Positions 9,593 through 19,336 of a stretch of 64,000 nucleotides of DNA are shown piece by piece. The notes beneath the pieces are model-generated. The model searched no databases. It had not been told where the DNA came from and saw only the letters and a program-made list of their open reading frames with translations. Source of the stretch: Vicinamibacterales bacterium. GTDB taxonomy: Bacteria; Acidobacteriota; Vicinamibacteria; Vicinamibacterales; UBA8438. The first letter of the stretch is position 1. Each line of letters opens with the position of its first letter. The stretch lies in assembly GCA_937766455.1 (NCBI GenBank), contig CALLXD010000015.1, positions 700 to 64,699 on the forward strand, written 5' to 3'. Both the position numbers and the translations under genes were made by a program.

Positions 9593-11032
9593 ATGACGGA
9601 CCCGTCTGGCGACCAGGCGGGCGCGTCACTCAAGCTCCCTCGGCTCCTGGCGCTGGTCGCCATCTACCTCACCATCGCGCACGTGATCCCACCACCGGAA
9701 GGGGTGGACCCCCAGGATTGGCGTCGCGTCGGCGTGTTCTTCGCCACGATCGGCGGCTTGATGCTGCGACCAATGCCGGGCTCGCAGGTGGTGCTGCTCG
9801 GTCTTGTTGGCATGCTGCTCCTCGGCGGCCTCCCGATGGATCGGGCCCTGAGCGGGTACTCGGTGCCCACCGTCTGGATGGTGCTCATTGCCATGTTGAT
9901 GTCGCGGGCGCTGCGCGATTGCGGCCTGGCCCGGCGCATCGCCCTCTGGTTCGTCCGCGCCATCGGCGGTACCTCACTGGGGCTTGGCTATGCCCTCCAC
10001 CTGACCGACGTGACGCTCGCGGCCGGCGTGCCCTCGATCACGGCCCGGTCCGCGAGCATCGTGTTTCCGATTGCCCGCGGGATTAGCGGCTTGTACAAGT
10101 CGCACCCCGGTGCCTCGTCCGGTGTGCTCGGCGGGTTCCTGATGACCTGCCTGTATCAGGGCAGCGTGATCTCATCGGCGATGTTTTTCTATAGCAGCGC
10201 CGCCAACCTGTTGTTGGGCGACCTGGCGGCGCAGTACGCGGGGATCACGATTACCTGGACCAGTTGGTTCGTGGCGGGCCTCGCGCCCGGCGTCGTGTCC
10301 AGTATCGCGGTGCCGTATCTGGTCTACCGCGTCATGACGCCGGAGCTGACACGGACCCCGGCCGCGGCCGAGTTCGCTCGCCAGCAGTTGGGTGAGCTGG
10401 GCCCGGTGCGAGGGCGGGAGGCGACCGTCGCGACGGTGTTCGTCGGGGTCATTGCGCTTTGGGTCGCCTCGTCATGGGTGTCCTGGTTGTCACCGACCCT
10501 GGTGGCATTTCTCGGTATTTCCGTCCTGTTCCTTTCGCAGTGCCTGAGCTGGGACAGCGCGCTCAAGGAAACGTCGGCGTGGGACGTTTTTGTCTGGTAC
10601 GGCGGCCTGATCATGATGGGGGGTGTGCTGAACGACACCGGGGTGACGACGCTCTTCGCGGAGTGGGTCGGATCCTGGTTCTCCGGCACCCCCTGGGTCG
10701 TCGTGTTCATGGCGACGCTGGTGATCTACTTCTATGCGCACTACTTCTTCGCGAGCACGACCGCGCATGCGCTGGCGATGTATCCGCCCTTTCTCGTGCT
10801 GCTGGTCAGCCTCGGGGCCCCGATCCCGGTAGTGGTCTATAGCCTCGTGTTCATTAATAATCTGACAGCTGGGCTGACCCACTACGGGACCACCACGTCG
10901 CCGGTTATCTTTATCGAGGGTTACGTCAGCCTCAAAGACTGGTGGCGGGTTGGGTTCTACGCCTCGGTGCTCAACCTGGTCATCTGGCTGGGCGTGGGTA
11001 TGCTGTGGTGGAAAGTGCTTGGACTATGGTGA
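9593..11032 (+). CDS. DASS-family anion (di/tricarboxylate or sulfate) permease
   Basis: 479-aa polytopic membrane protein. Its N-terminal region (WRRVGVFFATIGGLMLRPMP...TVWMVLIAMLMSRAL) and repeated hairpin architecture are typical of DASS/2-oxoglutarate-malate translocator-like permeases. Confidence 0.75.
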   Translation: MTDPSGDQAGASLKLPRLLALVAIYLTIAHVIPPPEGVDPQDWRRVGVFFATIGGLMLRPMPGSQVVLLGLVGMLLLGGLPMDRALSGYSVPTVWMVLIAMLMSRALRDCGLARRIALWFVRAIGGTSLGLGYALHLTDVTLAAGVPSITARSASIVFPIARGISGLYKSHPGASSGVLGGFLMTCLYQGSVISSAMFFYSSAANLLLGDLAAQYAGITITWTSWFVAGLAPGVVSSIAVPYLVYRVMTPELTRTPAAAEFARQQLGELGPVRGREATVATVFVGVIALWVASSWVSWLSPTLVAFLGISVLFLSQCLSWDSALKETSAWDVFVWYGGLIMMGGVLNDTGVTTLFAEWVGSWFSGTPWVVVFMATLVIYFYAHYFFASTTAHALAMYPPFLVLLVSLGAPIPVVVYSLVFINNLTAGLTHYGTTTSPVIFIEGYVSLKDWWRVGFYASVLNLVIWLGVGMLWWKVLGLW

Positions 11033-12537
11033 ACACCGCAAGACCCGGCGCCGCTCCATGGAGCGTCATGGCGATATTCATCGCCGCGCTGACGGCTGCG
11101 TGCGGCGCGGCTCCCAGTATCGAGGTGGTCGATGTGCTGATCACCGGGGGGCGGGTGATGGACCCGGACAGCGGCCTGGACGCCGTCCGGGAGGTGGCGA
11201 TCCGCGGTGGCGAGATCGTCGCGGTGAGCGAGGTCGGCGCCAGACAGTTCGCGGCGACCGAGGTCCTGGATGCGACCGGCCTGGTCGTCGCTCCCGGCTT
11301 TATTGACTTGCACGCGCACGGACAAGATCAGGAGAGCAGCCGTTTTCAGGCGCGCGATGGCGTCACCACGGCCCTGGAACTCGAAATCGGTGTGTATCCG
11401 GTCGATCAGTGGTACGCCAGCCGGGAAGGACGCGCCCTGCTCAACTTCGGCGCGTCGGTCAGCCATCAAGGGGCTCGGCGAGACGCATTCGGCGCCGTGG
11501 TCGCGCAGCGTAACGGTGAAGGCACGTTCTCACTCGGCAGTGCCGCGCAGGCGGACGCGTATCTGTATGGCCCGGCCCCGGAGTACGAGCTGGGTCAGTT
11601 GACCCGTTTACTGACTGCTGGTCTTGACGAGGGCGCGCTCGGACTGGGGTTCGGCATCAGCTACACGCCAGGCGCCAGCCACGAGGAGCTCTGGAGCCTG
11701 TTCTCCATGGCCGCGGAGCGCGGGGCGCCGGTCTTCATCCATCTGCGTTCCTCGGCCGCCTTTGCCGCCGGTGGCGCCCTCGCGCCGTTCCAGGAAGCGG
11801 TCGCGAACGCGGCCGGGACCGGTGTCTCGCTGCATATCGTGCACATGAACAGCAGCGCGGGCCAGGCGGCGCCTGAGGCGTTGGCATTGATTCGAGGCGC
11901 TCAGGCCCGCGGTGTCGATGTCACCACCGAGGCCTATCCGTATACCGCCAGCGCGAGCCGCATCGAGTCGGCGCTGTTCGACAGTTGGGTTGGTCGTCCA
12001 GCCGCGGCGTATCAGCGTCTGCAATGGGTCGGCACCGGAGAGCGGCTCACCGAGGCGACGTTTCGGACCTATCGGGAGCAGGGCGGTTGGGTCATTACCC
12101 ACGGCCGTTCCGAAGAGATGAACGAGTGGATCGTGAGCCAGCCAGACGTCATCGCCGCCAGCGACGGGATTCCGTTCGCTGAGGGGCGCGCCCATCCGCG
12201 TGGTGCCGGGACGTTTGCCCGGATTCTCGGACACTACGTGCGGGACCGTGGGGTGCTGTCGTTGATGGACGGCGTGCGCAAGATGACGGCGTTGCCGGCC
12301 CAGCGGCTTGAAGCCATCGTGCCGCGTATGGCGTCAAAAGGCCGGGTCCAGGTGGGGGCGGACGCCGATCTCACCATGTTTGACCCAGAACTCGTGATCG
12401 ATCGTGCGACGTACGACGCGCCAGACCGCTACTCCGAGGGGATCATCCACGTATTGGTGTCCGGCACGTTCGTCGTCCGCGATGAACGGCTCGTCGACGG
12501 GGTGGCACCGGGGCAGGCGATCCGAGCGGGGTCCTGA
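11026..12537 (+). CDS. Amidohydrolase-family protein (D-aminoacylase-like), exported
   Basis: It has a signal peptide (MAIFIAALTAACGAAP), the metal-binding block APGFIDLHAHG and a C-terminal ADLTMFDP block. ATG 11026 overlaps the end of the permease gene. Confidence 0.8.
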   Translation: MVNTARPGAAPWSVMAIFIAALTAACGAAPSIEVVDVLITGGRVMDPDSGLDAVREVAIRGGEIVAVSEVGARQFAATEVLDATGLVVAPGFIDLHAHGQDQESSRFQARDGVTTALELEIGVYPVDQWYASREGRALLNFGASVSHQGARRDAFGAVVAQRNGEGTFSLGSAAQADAYLYGPAPEYELGQLTRLLTAGLDEGALGLGFGISYTPGASHEELWSLFSMAAERGAPVFIHLRSSAAFAAGGALAPFQEAVANAAGTGVSLHIVHMNSSAGQAAPEALALIRGAQARGVDVTTEAYPYTASASRIESALFDSWVGRPAAAYQRLQWVGTGERLTEATFRTYREQGGWVITHGRSEEMNEWIVSQPDVIAASDGIPFAEGRAHPRGAGTFARILGHYVRDRGVLSLMDGVRKMTALPAQRLEAIVPRMASKGRVQVGADADLTMFDPELVIDRATYDAPDRYSEGIIHVLVSGTFVVRDERLVDGVAPGQAIRAGS

Positions 12538-12595
12538 CTGCCCATCCCGGGCTGGGCGCAGCTCGTTTGAGCCAATAGCCGCTGTGAGCGAGTCC

Positions 12596-13681
12596 ATGAC
12601 AGAGCTGACCAGGTCCGTCGTCGCGGTCGAGCGTGTGACGGATGACGTGCGGGGTGCGCTGCGCCGTGCCCTCGACGCGGTGGACTGGCGGACGGTTATT
12701 CCTCGCGGCGCCGACATTTCTCTGAAGGTCAACCTCGGGTGGGATCTGTTCATGCCCGGATCGATCACGTCGCCCCTGGTGGCGGAATCGCTCATTCTCG
12801 AACTGCGGGACCACGTCGGCACGATCTATATGGTCGAGGCCGACCAGGTGCTTGAGGACGTCGAGTCGGCCTTCCATCGGAGCGGGATGGCGGGGGTCTG
12901 TCGCCGGACCGGTACCGAGTGGGTCAACATGGAGCGTGGGCCGACGGTCGTGGTGTCGATGCCGGACAACGTGGTCCTGCGGGAGGTCCGCGTTCCACAG
13001 ATTTTGCGCGATACGCTGCTCGTCACGGTGCCGGTCATGAAGACCCACGGAAAGACCGGCATCACCGGAGCGCTCAAGAATCAGTGGGGCTGTCTGAACA
13101 AGATGCGCCATGAGTATCACCTCGTGCTGACCGACGCGTTGGCGGATCTGAATCAGGTTGTGCGACCGGTGCTGTCGGTGATGGATGGCACCGTCGGCCT
13201 CGAAGGTAACGGGCCGAAGTCGGGCGTTCCACGGGTGGCCGACCGCATCTTGTGTTCGACCGACCCGGTGGCGCTCGACACCATCCAGGCAATTTGCATG
13301 GGCATCGACCCGGCGACGGTGCCGCATCTCCGGAGCTGCGCAGCACGGGGGATCGGCACCGACGACCGGACCCGAATCGACGTGCGGGGTCTGGTGCCCG
13401 AGGAGCACGTGGTCCCCTTTCGGCCAGCGCGTGACAACACCGTGTCGCTGGTCGAAAATGTGTTGCGCAAGTCGGCGCTTAAACGGCTCTTCTTTAATAC
13501 CCCGATCTTTCGAGTCTGCCTGACCGGTGCGAAGCTCTACTACCGTGCCTGGGTAGCGCTGCACGCCGAGCGCCACTGGCGCCGGATCCGCGCGCACACC
13601 GTCTACGGTCCTCAATGGCGGGGCACGTGGGCCGGGGTCGAGGCAGCCGGCACCCCTGGCCCTCGTTCGCGCGTCACGTGA
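12596..13681 (+). CDS. DUF362 domain-containing protein
   Basis: DUF362 signature blocks are present: ISLKVNLGW..., VPVMKTHGKTGITGALKNQWGC and SVMDGTVGLEGNGP. The stop overlaps the next start (GTGATG). Confidence 0.8.
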   Translation: MTELTRSVVAVERVTDDVRGALRRALDAVDWRTVIPRGADISLKVNLGWDLFMPGSITSPLVAESLILELRDHVGTIYMVEADQVLEDVESAFHRSGMAGVCRRTGTEWVNMERGPTVVVSMPDNVVLREVRVPQILRDTLLVTVPVMKTHGKTGITGALKNQWGCLNKMRHEYHLVLTDALADLNQVVRPVLSVMDGTVGLEGNGPKSGVPRVADRILCSTDPVALDTIQAICMGIDPATVPHLRSCAARGIGTDDRTRIDVRGLVPEEHVVPFRPARDNTVSLVENVLRKSALKRLFFNTPIFRVCLTGAKLYYRAWVALHAERHWRRIRAHTVYGPQWRGTWAGVEAAGTPGPRSRVT

Positions 13682-15027
13682 TGCCGACGCCACGGGTGGT
13701 TGTCCTCGGCGGCGGGCTCTCCGGAATGGCTGCGGCGTATACGCTGGCCCGGGCTGGATGGGACCGCGTGACCGTCGTAGAACGGGGCCCAGAACTGGGC
13801 GGTTTGGCCGGGACCTTTGAAACGGGCGGCCATTTCTATCCGCTGGCCTACCATCACATCCTGCATCGCGACCGCGGGCTGCTCTACTTTTTGGACGCGA
13901 TCGGGGCACTGCCCGACGTGCGCTGGCGGAAGATCTCGATGCTCTTCCAGCTAGACGGCCGCATGTACGACTTGGCGCACCCCGTCGACTTTCTACGCTT
14001 TCCGATGAGCCTCGTCGACAAGCTCCGTTTCGTCAGACTGATGCTGCGGTGTTTTCGCAAGTCAGACTGGTCCGACTGGAACCACCGGAGCGCCGCGGAC
14101 CTGATAGACGAATGGGGCGGTCCCGGGGTCCGTCGCGCCATCTTCGACCCCCTCACTCGGCTCAAGTTCAACAAACCGTGCCACGCAGTCAGCGGGGCGT
14201 GGCTCGGCGCACGTCTCCACTTCCGCGAAGGCTCTGCGCCCCTCGGATACATTCCAGGGACCAACTGGACGAAGGTGCTCTGTGAGGGGGTGGCCGGCCT
14301 GCTGGCCTCGGCCTCCGTGCAGGTGCGCCTGTCGACGTCGGTGAGCGGGCTTGTCGCCGAGGGCGACAGGGTGACGCGAGTGGAACTGGATACGGGCGAG
14401 CGTCTTGCGGCCGACGTGGTCGTCAGCACCGTGCCTACGGAGGTCTATCAGCAGCTCCTGGCCGATCCGCGACCAGACCTCGACCACGTGCGTTACACCG
14501 CGGTCGTGTCAGCCATCTTTGCTACCAAGCAGCGGGTGACGCCCAACTTCTACTGGATGAACCTGGCGTCGCGCGATTGCACCGCTTCGGGCATCTTCAT
14601 GCTGAACGCGCTCAATCCCACGATCGGCGCGCCGGGCGAGACATGCCTCAACCTTATGACGCACGTGCCCCATCGGGGTGATACGTTCTTCCAGCAGAGC
14701 GACGACGAGATTCTGGCGGGCTACCGGGCCGATTTTCAGCGGGTGTTCGGCTTCGAGTTGGAGCCGTTCTGGACACAGGTCAACCGGCTGGCGATGTACG
14801 CCCCGGTGTTTGATCGGGGGTATGAGAATCCTCCGCTGCGCGATGCGGTGTTTCGCAATGTGTACGGGGCCGGCAATTACCGCACCTTCCCGTCCATTGC
14901 CTCCACCGGGACGGCCCTGTCGTCCGGCGTCGAGACCGCGGCGGCCGTGCTGGCCGACCACGGCGGCACCACCGATCTTCCCGCCCAGATCGGCCGCTAT
15001 CGCCTGGCGTCGATGCCTCGCGGGTAG
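13681..15027 (+). CDS. NAD(P)/FAD-dependent oxidoreductase (amine-oxidase/phytoene-desaturase fold)
   Basis: It has an N-terminal Rossmann dinucleotide motif (VVVLGGGLSGMAAAYTLARAG...VVERGPELGGL) and a C-terminal GAGNYRTFPSIASTGTALSSG block. Confidence 0.85.
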   Translation: MPTPRVVVLGGGLSGMAAAYTLARAGWDRVTVVERGPELGGLAGTFETGGHFYPLAYHHILHRDRGLLYFLDAIGALPDVRWRKISMLFQLDGRMYDLAHPVDFLRFPMSLVDKLRFVRLMLRCFRKSDWSDWNHRSAADLIDEWGGPGVRRAIFDPLTRLKFNKPCHAVSGAWLGARLHFREGSAPLGYIPGTNWTKVLCEGVAGLLASASVQVRLSTSVSGLVAEGDRVTRVELDTGERLAADVVVSTVPTEVYQQLLADPRPDLDHVRYTAVVSAIFATKQRVTPNFYWMNLASRDCTASGIFMLNALNPTIGAPGETCLNLMTHVPHRGDTFFQQSDDEILAGYRADFQRVFGFELEPFWTQVNRLAMYAPVFDRGYENPPLRDAVFRNVYGAGNYRTFPSIASTGTALSSGVETAAAVLADHGGTTDLPAQIGRYRLASMPRG

Positions 15028-15177
15028 ATCAGACTGCCCTCGACGAGGTCTGGATGAATGAGCGGCGCGTGCTGCTCGGGCAGTTCGCTCCAGTGGGTCG
15101 CAACGACCGGTCAAGCAGTCTGTCTAGGCTTCCCAATCCGCCTGTGCGCCATTACCCTTGCCGGGTTGGGTGTTCCC

Positions 15178-15888
15178 TCAGAACGACTGGTCGGCGAAAC
15201 TCGGCTGTTGGCTGATGATCTTCGCGATGCCCTCCGCAAACTCGGCTGACTGTCGAGTGAACTCGACGCCGTATCCATCGCGCCCCGTCCACGCCACGAC
15301 GCCTGTCCCGTGCATCGCCGGACTTGGCCCCCCTGCATCCAATCTGAATGCGACCGTGGTTGCAACGGTGGGTCGGTTGGAGCACTCCACGAACATACCG
15401 CCACGAGCTAGCGTCGTGCAGCGGCTTGCGGCGGCGGTGCAATCGCCTAGGAGCTCGATGCCCAGATTCACCGCATGCCTGGCGAATCGGCGCCGCGCGC
15501 GCCCCTGAGGGGGGAGATAGGAGTGAATCGCCGACACCAGCGTGTCGGCTTCGACCGGTTTGAAGTAAACCGCCTCGGCGCCGAGGAGAAAGCCACGCTC
15601 GAGATCGACGCTGGTGTTCCCGGTATGGAGCAGGACCACTGGGCCCTCGGCGCGCCTGGTCTTGACTCGTGTGAGGAGCTCGAATCCGTCGCAGTCCGGC
15701 ATGTTGACGTCGGAGAGGACGAGTTCCACGTCTTCCCGGTCCAGCACGTCGAGTGCCTCGAGCCCGTTCGACGCAGAGTGCACCCTGAACCCTTCGCATG
15801 TGAAGAGCGCGGCCAATGCCGCCCCGAGCCCAGGGCAGTCGTCGACTACGAGAATGGCGTGTGTGGCCTGCTCGCTCATGGATCTCAT
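15178..15888 (-). CDS. Response-regulator receiver domain fused to a PilZ (c-di-GMP-binding) domain
   Basis: The REC domain shows ILVVDDCPG and LVLSDVNMPDCDG (phospho-Asp). The C-terminal part shows PilZ-like RARRRFAR and LARGGMFV motifs. I prefer the start at MRSMSEQ (15888). The track ORF extends to 16101. Confidence 0.8.
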   Translation of the reverse strand: MRSMSEQATHAILVVDDCPGLGAALAALFTCEGFRVHSASNGLEALDVLDREDVELVLSDVNMPDCDGFELLTRVKTRRAEGPVVLLHTGNTSVDLERGFLLGAEAVYFKPVEADTLVSAIHSYLPPQGRARRRFARHAVNLGIELLGDCTAAASRCTTLARGGMFVECSNRPTVATTVAFRLDAGGPSPAMHGTGVVAWTGRDGYGVEFTRQSAEFAEGIAKIISQQPSFADQSF

Positions 15889-16554
15889 GACGGACAGCGC
15901 CCGACTTGTCGGGTCACGCTGGGCGCCCGTTGCGGGCGCAGCCGTCGCACCAACCAGAACGCAACGCGCGTGCCAACTCGGCCGACCATCAATTAGGGTG
16001 TCTGCCCGCGGCGAGACAGTGTGGTGCAGTCGCTCGAACCGCGCACGGATCTGGCACCGTGCCCGGCGGATCTGTTGCCCGGAAGGTCCTCGATAAGCCA
16101 CAAACCGGTGGCAGAGCGGCTGTTTTTGTCATTGGCGTCCGGGGGATCCGTCGGTCACTCGCACATGGGGTGGCGCCTCAGGTGCACTGGAGCAGCGACC
16201 CGAGACTGCAGGTGCGATGAACACACCTGAGGGCCTCCGTGTGCGTGAGGACACGGCCAATGGTCGGCCGGGACCGGACGGCCGGGAGCGTCCGGCAGGG
16301 AACCAGTCGCACGCTACCCACTTGCGACCCTCAGATATGTTGTTGATTCGGGTGCCGGTGTTCGACAACCGGACACTCGCTCATGGTGCCGTCGCCTCGG
16401 CCATCCGCGACGAGACTGTCATTGCCGCTACTGGCGCGCAATATGTCGTCAAATCTCTTTTCGGCACGTTCCTTGCGCTTGCAGATGACGTTCCTCAGTG
16501 GCGGGATAGGGTCTCGCCTGCTGGAGGTATGTTCGGGCAGTACGTAGCTAAGAC

Positions 16555-18372
16555 ATGTTGACGACACAGAGGCGTGAGAAGTCCATACCTGGCACGGTGC
16601 TCGTGGTCGGCGCCGACCCGGCGTTTCGTGACCTGGCCCGTTCTGCGTTTCAGCGGGACGGACATGACGTAGTGCTGGCAGCGACTGGCGAAGACGGGTG
16701 CCGTGTGTTCGACCATCGTGTGCCGGACCTCGTGGTGATGGACCTTGGCTTGCCTGTGGTGGATGGATACGAAGCCTGCGAACGGTTTCGCACCCGTGGT
16801 ACCGGAGCGCGCATCCCAGTCTTGATGCTCACCGGCTCGGACGACGCGGATGCGATTTCCAGGGCCTATGAGGCAGGTGCCACCGATTTTCAAACGAAGC
16901 CAGTGAACTGGCAGGTGCTTCGAGAACGCGTGCGGTACATGTTGCGAGGCAAGCGCCACGCAGACGATCTGCAGAAGCTCGCTGACTATGACGGCCTGAC
17001 GGGTCTGCCCAACCGCGCCACTTTTGAGCAGCGGCTCACGAACGCACTTGTCCGGAGCACCCAGGACGGGACCACGGTGGCCGTCATCTTTCTTGACCTG
17101 GACTGTTTCAAGGAAATCAACGACACGTTGGGTCATCGGTTCGGTGACCAGATACTCAGGCTCACCGGTGAACGGCTCATTCAGGTCTTGCGCTCCGGCG
17201 ACAGGCCGTTGCTCGGGCGCCGGCGGACAGAGGAGCCGTGGGCCGGACGATTCGGTGGCGACGAGTTCTCCGTCACCGTTCCGGGACTCCCGACCCCCGA
17301 GGCCGCGACCGCCATCGCAGACCGCATTCGCGGCATCTTCGCTCAACCGTTTCATCTTGAGGGGCACGAGCTCTTCGTGACCGCGAGCATCGGCCTCAGC
17401 GTCTCTCCGGTCGACGGGGACGATGCCGACACGCTCCTCAAGCACGCTGACGCCGCCATGTACGCCGCCAAGGCGGTAGGCCGGAACAACCTCACGACGT
17501 ACCGGCCGTCGATGAGCGTCAGAGCGTCCGAGCGGTTGTCGCTGGCTGGTGAGCTCCGGCGTGCGGTTGGGCGCAGTGAAGACCTCGTGGTGCACTTTCA
17601 ACCCAAGGTCGACATTACGACCGAGGACGTCGTTGGCGCAGAGGCGCTCCTGCGATGGCAGCATCCGTCGCGGGGATTGTTGGGACCGCTCGAGTTTCTG
17701 GCACTCGCCGAGGAGATGGGGTTGGGCCCGGCGCTGGGTGATTGGGTCCTCTCCACCGCTCTTGCGGGATCCGCCGGCTGGCGCGGCCGGGACGACAAGC
17801 CGATCCCGGTTGCGGTGAACCTCGCCAATTCGCAGTTTCGCAGCCCAGACCTTCTCGACCGCCTCATGCAGACCATCGACACCGTCGGATTGTCGACGGC
17901 GCAGGTCGAAGTCGAGATCACTGAAACCGTGGCCCTCAAGAACCAATTGGCGGACACCGGGTTGCTGGCCGAATTCAAGGAGCGTGGGATCAGGACTGCG
18001 ATCGACGATTTCGGCACAGGCCAGTCGGCCCTCGGCGTGCTCCGGCACCTGCGGGTCGATTCACTCAAGATTGACCGAACCTTCGTCCGGGAGCTTGAAA
18101 CGGATTCGCGCGACCGCGCAATCGCCTCCTGCATTGTCGACATGAGTCACTGCCTCGGGATGACCGTGATTGCCGAGGGCGTCGAAACGCAAGGGCAACT
18201 CGATGTACTCCGGGCGATGGGCTGCGACCAGGCCCAAGGCTTTTTGTTCAGTCGGGCCGTGCCGGCGACGGCGTTCCCGCAGTTGCTCCTCGACATGGGG
18301 GCCGGCCAGCCGCGATCGCGGGCGGGCCGGTCGGCCGTTCCGGACGTCGACACGGTCTCGGCAACGGGCTAG
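16555..18372 (+). CDS. Response regulator with GGDEF (diguanylate cyclase) and EAL (phosphodiesterase) domains
   Basis: 605 aa. The REC domain keeps the phospho-acceptor (LVVMDLGLP) but reads VVGADP instead of the acidic DD pair. The GGDEF site is intact (RFGGDEFSV). EAL motifs are present (GAEALLRW, EVEITE, DDFGTG). Confidence 0.92.
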   Translation: MLTTQRREKSIPGTVLVVGADPAFRDLARSAFQRDGHDVVLAATGEDGCRVFDHRVPDLVVMDLGLPVVDGYEACERFRTRGTGARIPVLMLTGSDDADAISRAYEAGATDFQTKPVNWQVLRERVRYMLRGKRHADDLQKLADYDGLTGLPNRATFEQRLTNALVRSTQDGTTVAVIFLDLDCFKEINDTLGHRFGDQILRLTGERLIQVLRSGDRPLLGRRRTEEPWAGRFGGDEFSVTVPGLPTPEAATAIADRIRGIFAQPFHLEGHELFVTASIGLSVSPVDGDDADTLLKHADAAMYAAKAVGRNNLTTYRPSMSVRASERLSLAGELRRAVGRSEDLVVHFQPKVDITTEDVVGAEALLRWQHPSRGLLGPLEFLALAEEMGLGPALGDWVLSTALAGSAGWRGRDDKPIPVAVNLANSQFRSPDLLDRLMQTIDTVGLSTAQVEVEITETVALKNQLADTGLLAEFKERGIRTAIDDFGTGQSALGVLRHLRVDSLKIDRTFVRELETDSRDRAIASCIVDMSHCLGMTVIAEGVETQGQLDVLRAMGCDQAQGFLFSRAVPATAFPQLLLDMGAGQPRSRAGRSAVPDVDTVSATG

Positions 18373-18607
18373 CAGCCTGTGCTGACGGCCGCTCGAGGTG
18401 AGAGAGCGTGGGCACCGCCCGACCTCCACCGGTCTCCCTACATGGTATTGTCGCTGCAGTCTGAGCAGGCCCACGCGGTGCCGCGTTCGGCTCCGACCGG
18501 GCCGTACGCCGAGCGCTGCCGATCACCGACGAATCACGCATGGAGCGCCTAGCCTCGCCGATGCGCCGCATGTGGGCGAGCCGGTCTCAGCCCACCCCAG
18601 GGGTACG

Positions 18608-19336
18608 ATGACGTCCAAAGAGGGACACGTCAGCGCTGGCCGGTGGTTGCTGCTCCACTCGACCAACGTCCGTATCTGCCACTGGATCAACGTCATTGCT
18701 GGCGGTTACTTGCTGCTGAGCGGCATCCACATCTTTCTCGATTTTCCAGAGCTGTACTGGGGCCACACCGGCTATCAGGGGTATCCGGCCGTCTTCAAGC
18801 TGTCCGACTGGGGACTGTCCTGGGAGCAGGCCGGCGAATTGGGAAACCGGATGTGGGGACGGAACTACCACTTCACGTTCGCCTGGGTGTTCCTGATCAA
18901 CGGCCTGGTCTATACGGTTTGGAGCGTCGTCAGCGGACACCTCGGGGCACGGATGCTGCCGGCGCGCGCCGAGCTGAGACCGGCGAGCTTGCGCGCCGAC
19001 CTGGTCGAGCATCTGCGCGGATCGTCGGCGCAGCGGGCTGCGGCGACGACCTACGGGCCGTTGCAGAAGCTCTCGTATTCGCTGCTTATTTTCGTCTTCG
19101 TGCCGGTCATGCTGCTGACGGGATTGGCTCAAGCGCCGGCGTTCGCCGCGGCGTGGCCCTGGCTGCTGGACCTGTGGGGAGGGCGGCAGTCGGCGCGAAC
19201 CCTCCATTCCATTGGCACGGGCGTCTTCGTGTTGTTCGTGGTGGTGCACGTGGTCGAAGTGTTGATGGCAGGCGCAGTCAACCGGATCCGAGCCATGATC
19301 ACGGGGAAGTTCCGACTTCGTGAGGAGGGAACGTGA
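18608..19336 (+). CDS. Membrane b-type cytochrome (Ni/Fe-hydrogenase cytochrome-b-like family)
   Basis: Start at MTSKEG. It has four TM helices with conserved His (RICHWINVIAGGYLLLSG; HSIGTGVFVLFVVVHVVEV). Its end overlaps the next gene by 4 nt. Confidence 0.75.
   Translation: MTSKEGHVSAGRWLLLHSTNVRICHWINVIAGGYLLLSGIHIFLDFPELYWGHTGYQGYPAVFKLSDWGLSWEQAGELGNRMWGRNYHFTFAWVFLINGLVYTVWSVVSGHLGARMLPARAELRPASLRADLVEHLRGSSAQRAAATTYGPLQKLSYSLLIFVFVPVMLLTGLAQAPAFAAAWPWLLDLWGGRQSARTLHSIGTGVFVLFVVVHVVEVLMAGAVNRIRAMITGKFRLREEGT

Noticed and set aside
12443-13909. 488-aa minus-strand ORF
   Set aside because: It lies antisense to the DUF362 and FAD-oxidoreductase genes, is Arg/Pro-rich and has no recognisable domain.
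16495-18048. 517-aa minus-strand ORF
   Set aside because: It lies antisense to the well-supported REC-GGDEF-EAL gene. Its Arg/Gly/Pro-rich composition is typical of spurious antisense ORFs in high-GC DNA, and it has no motifs.
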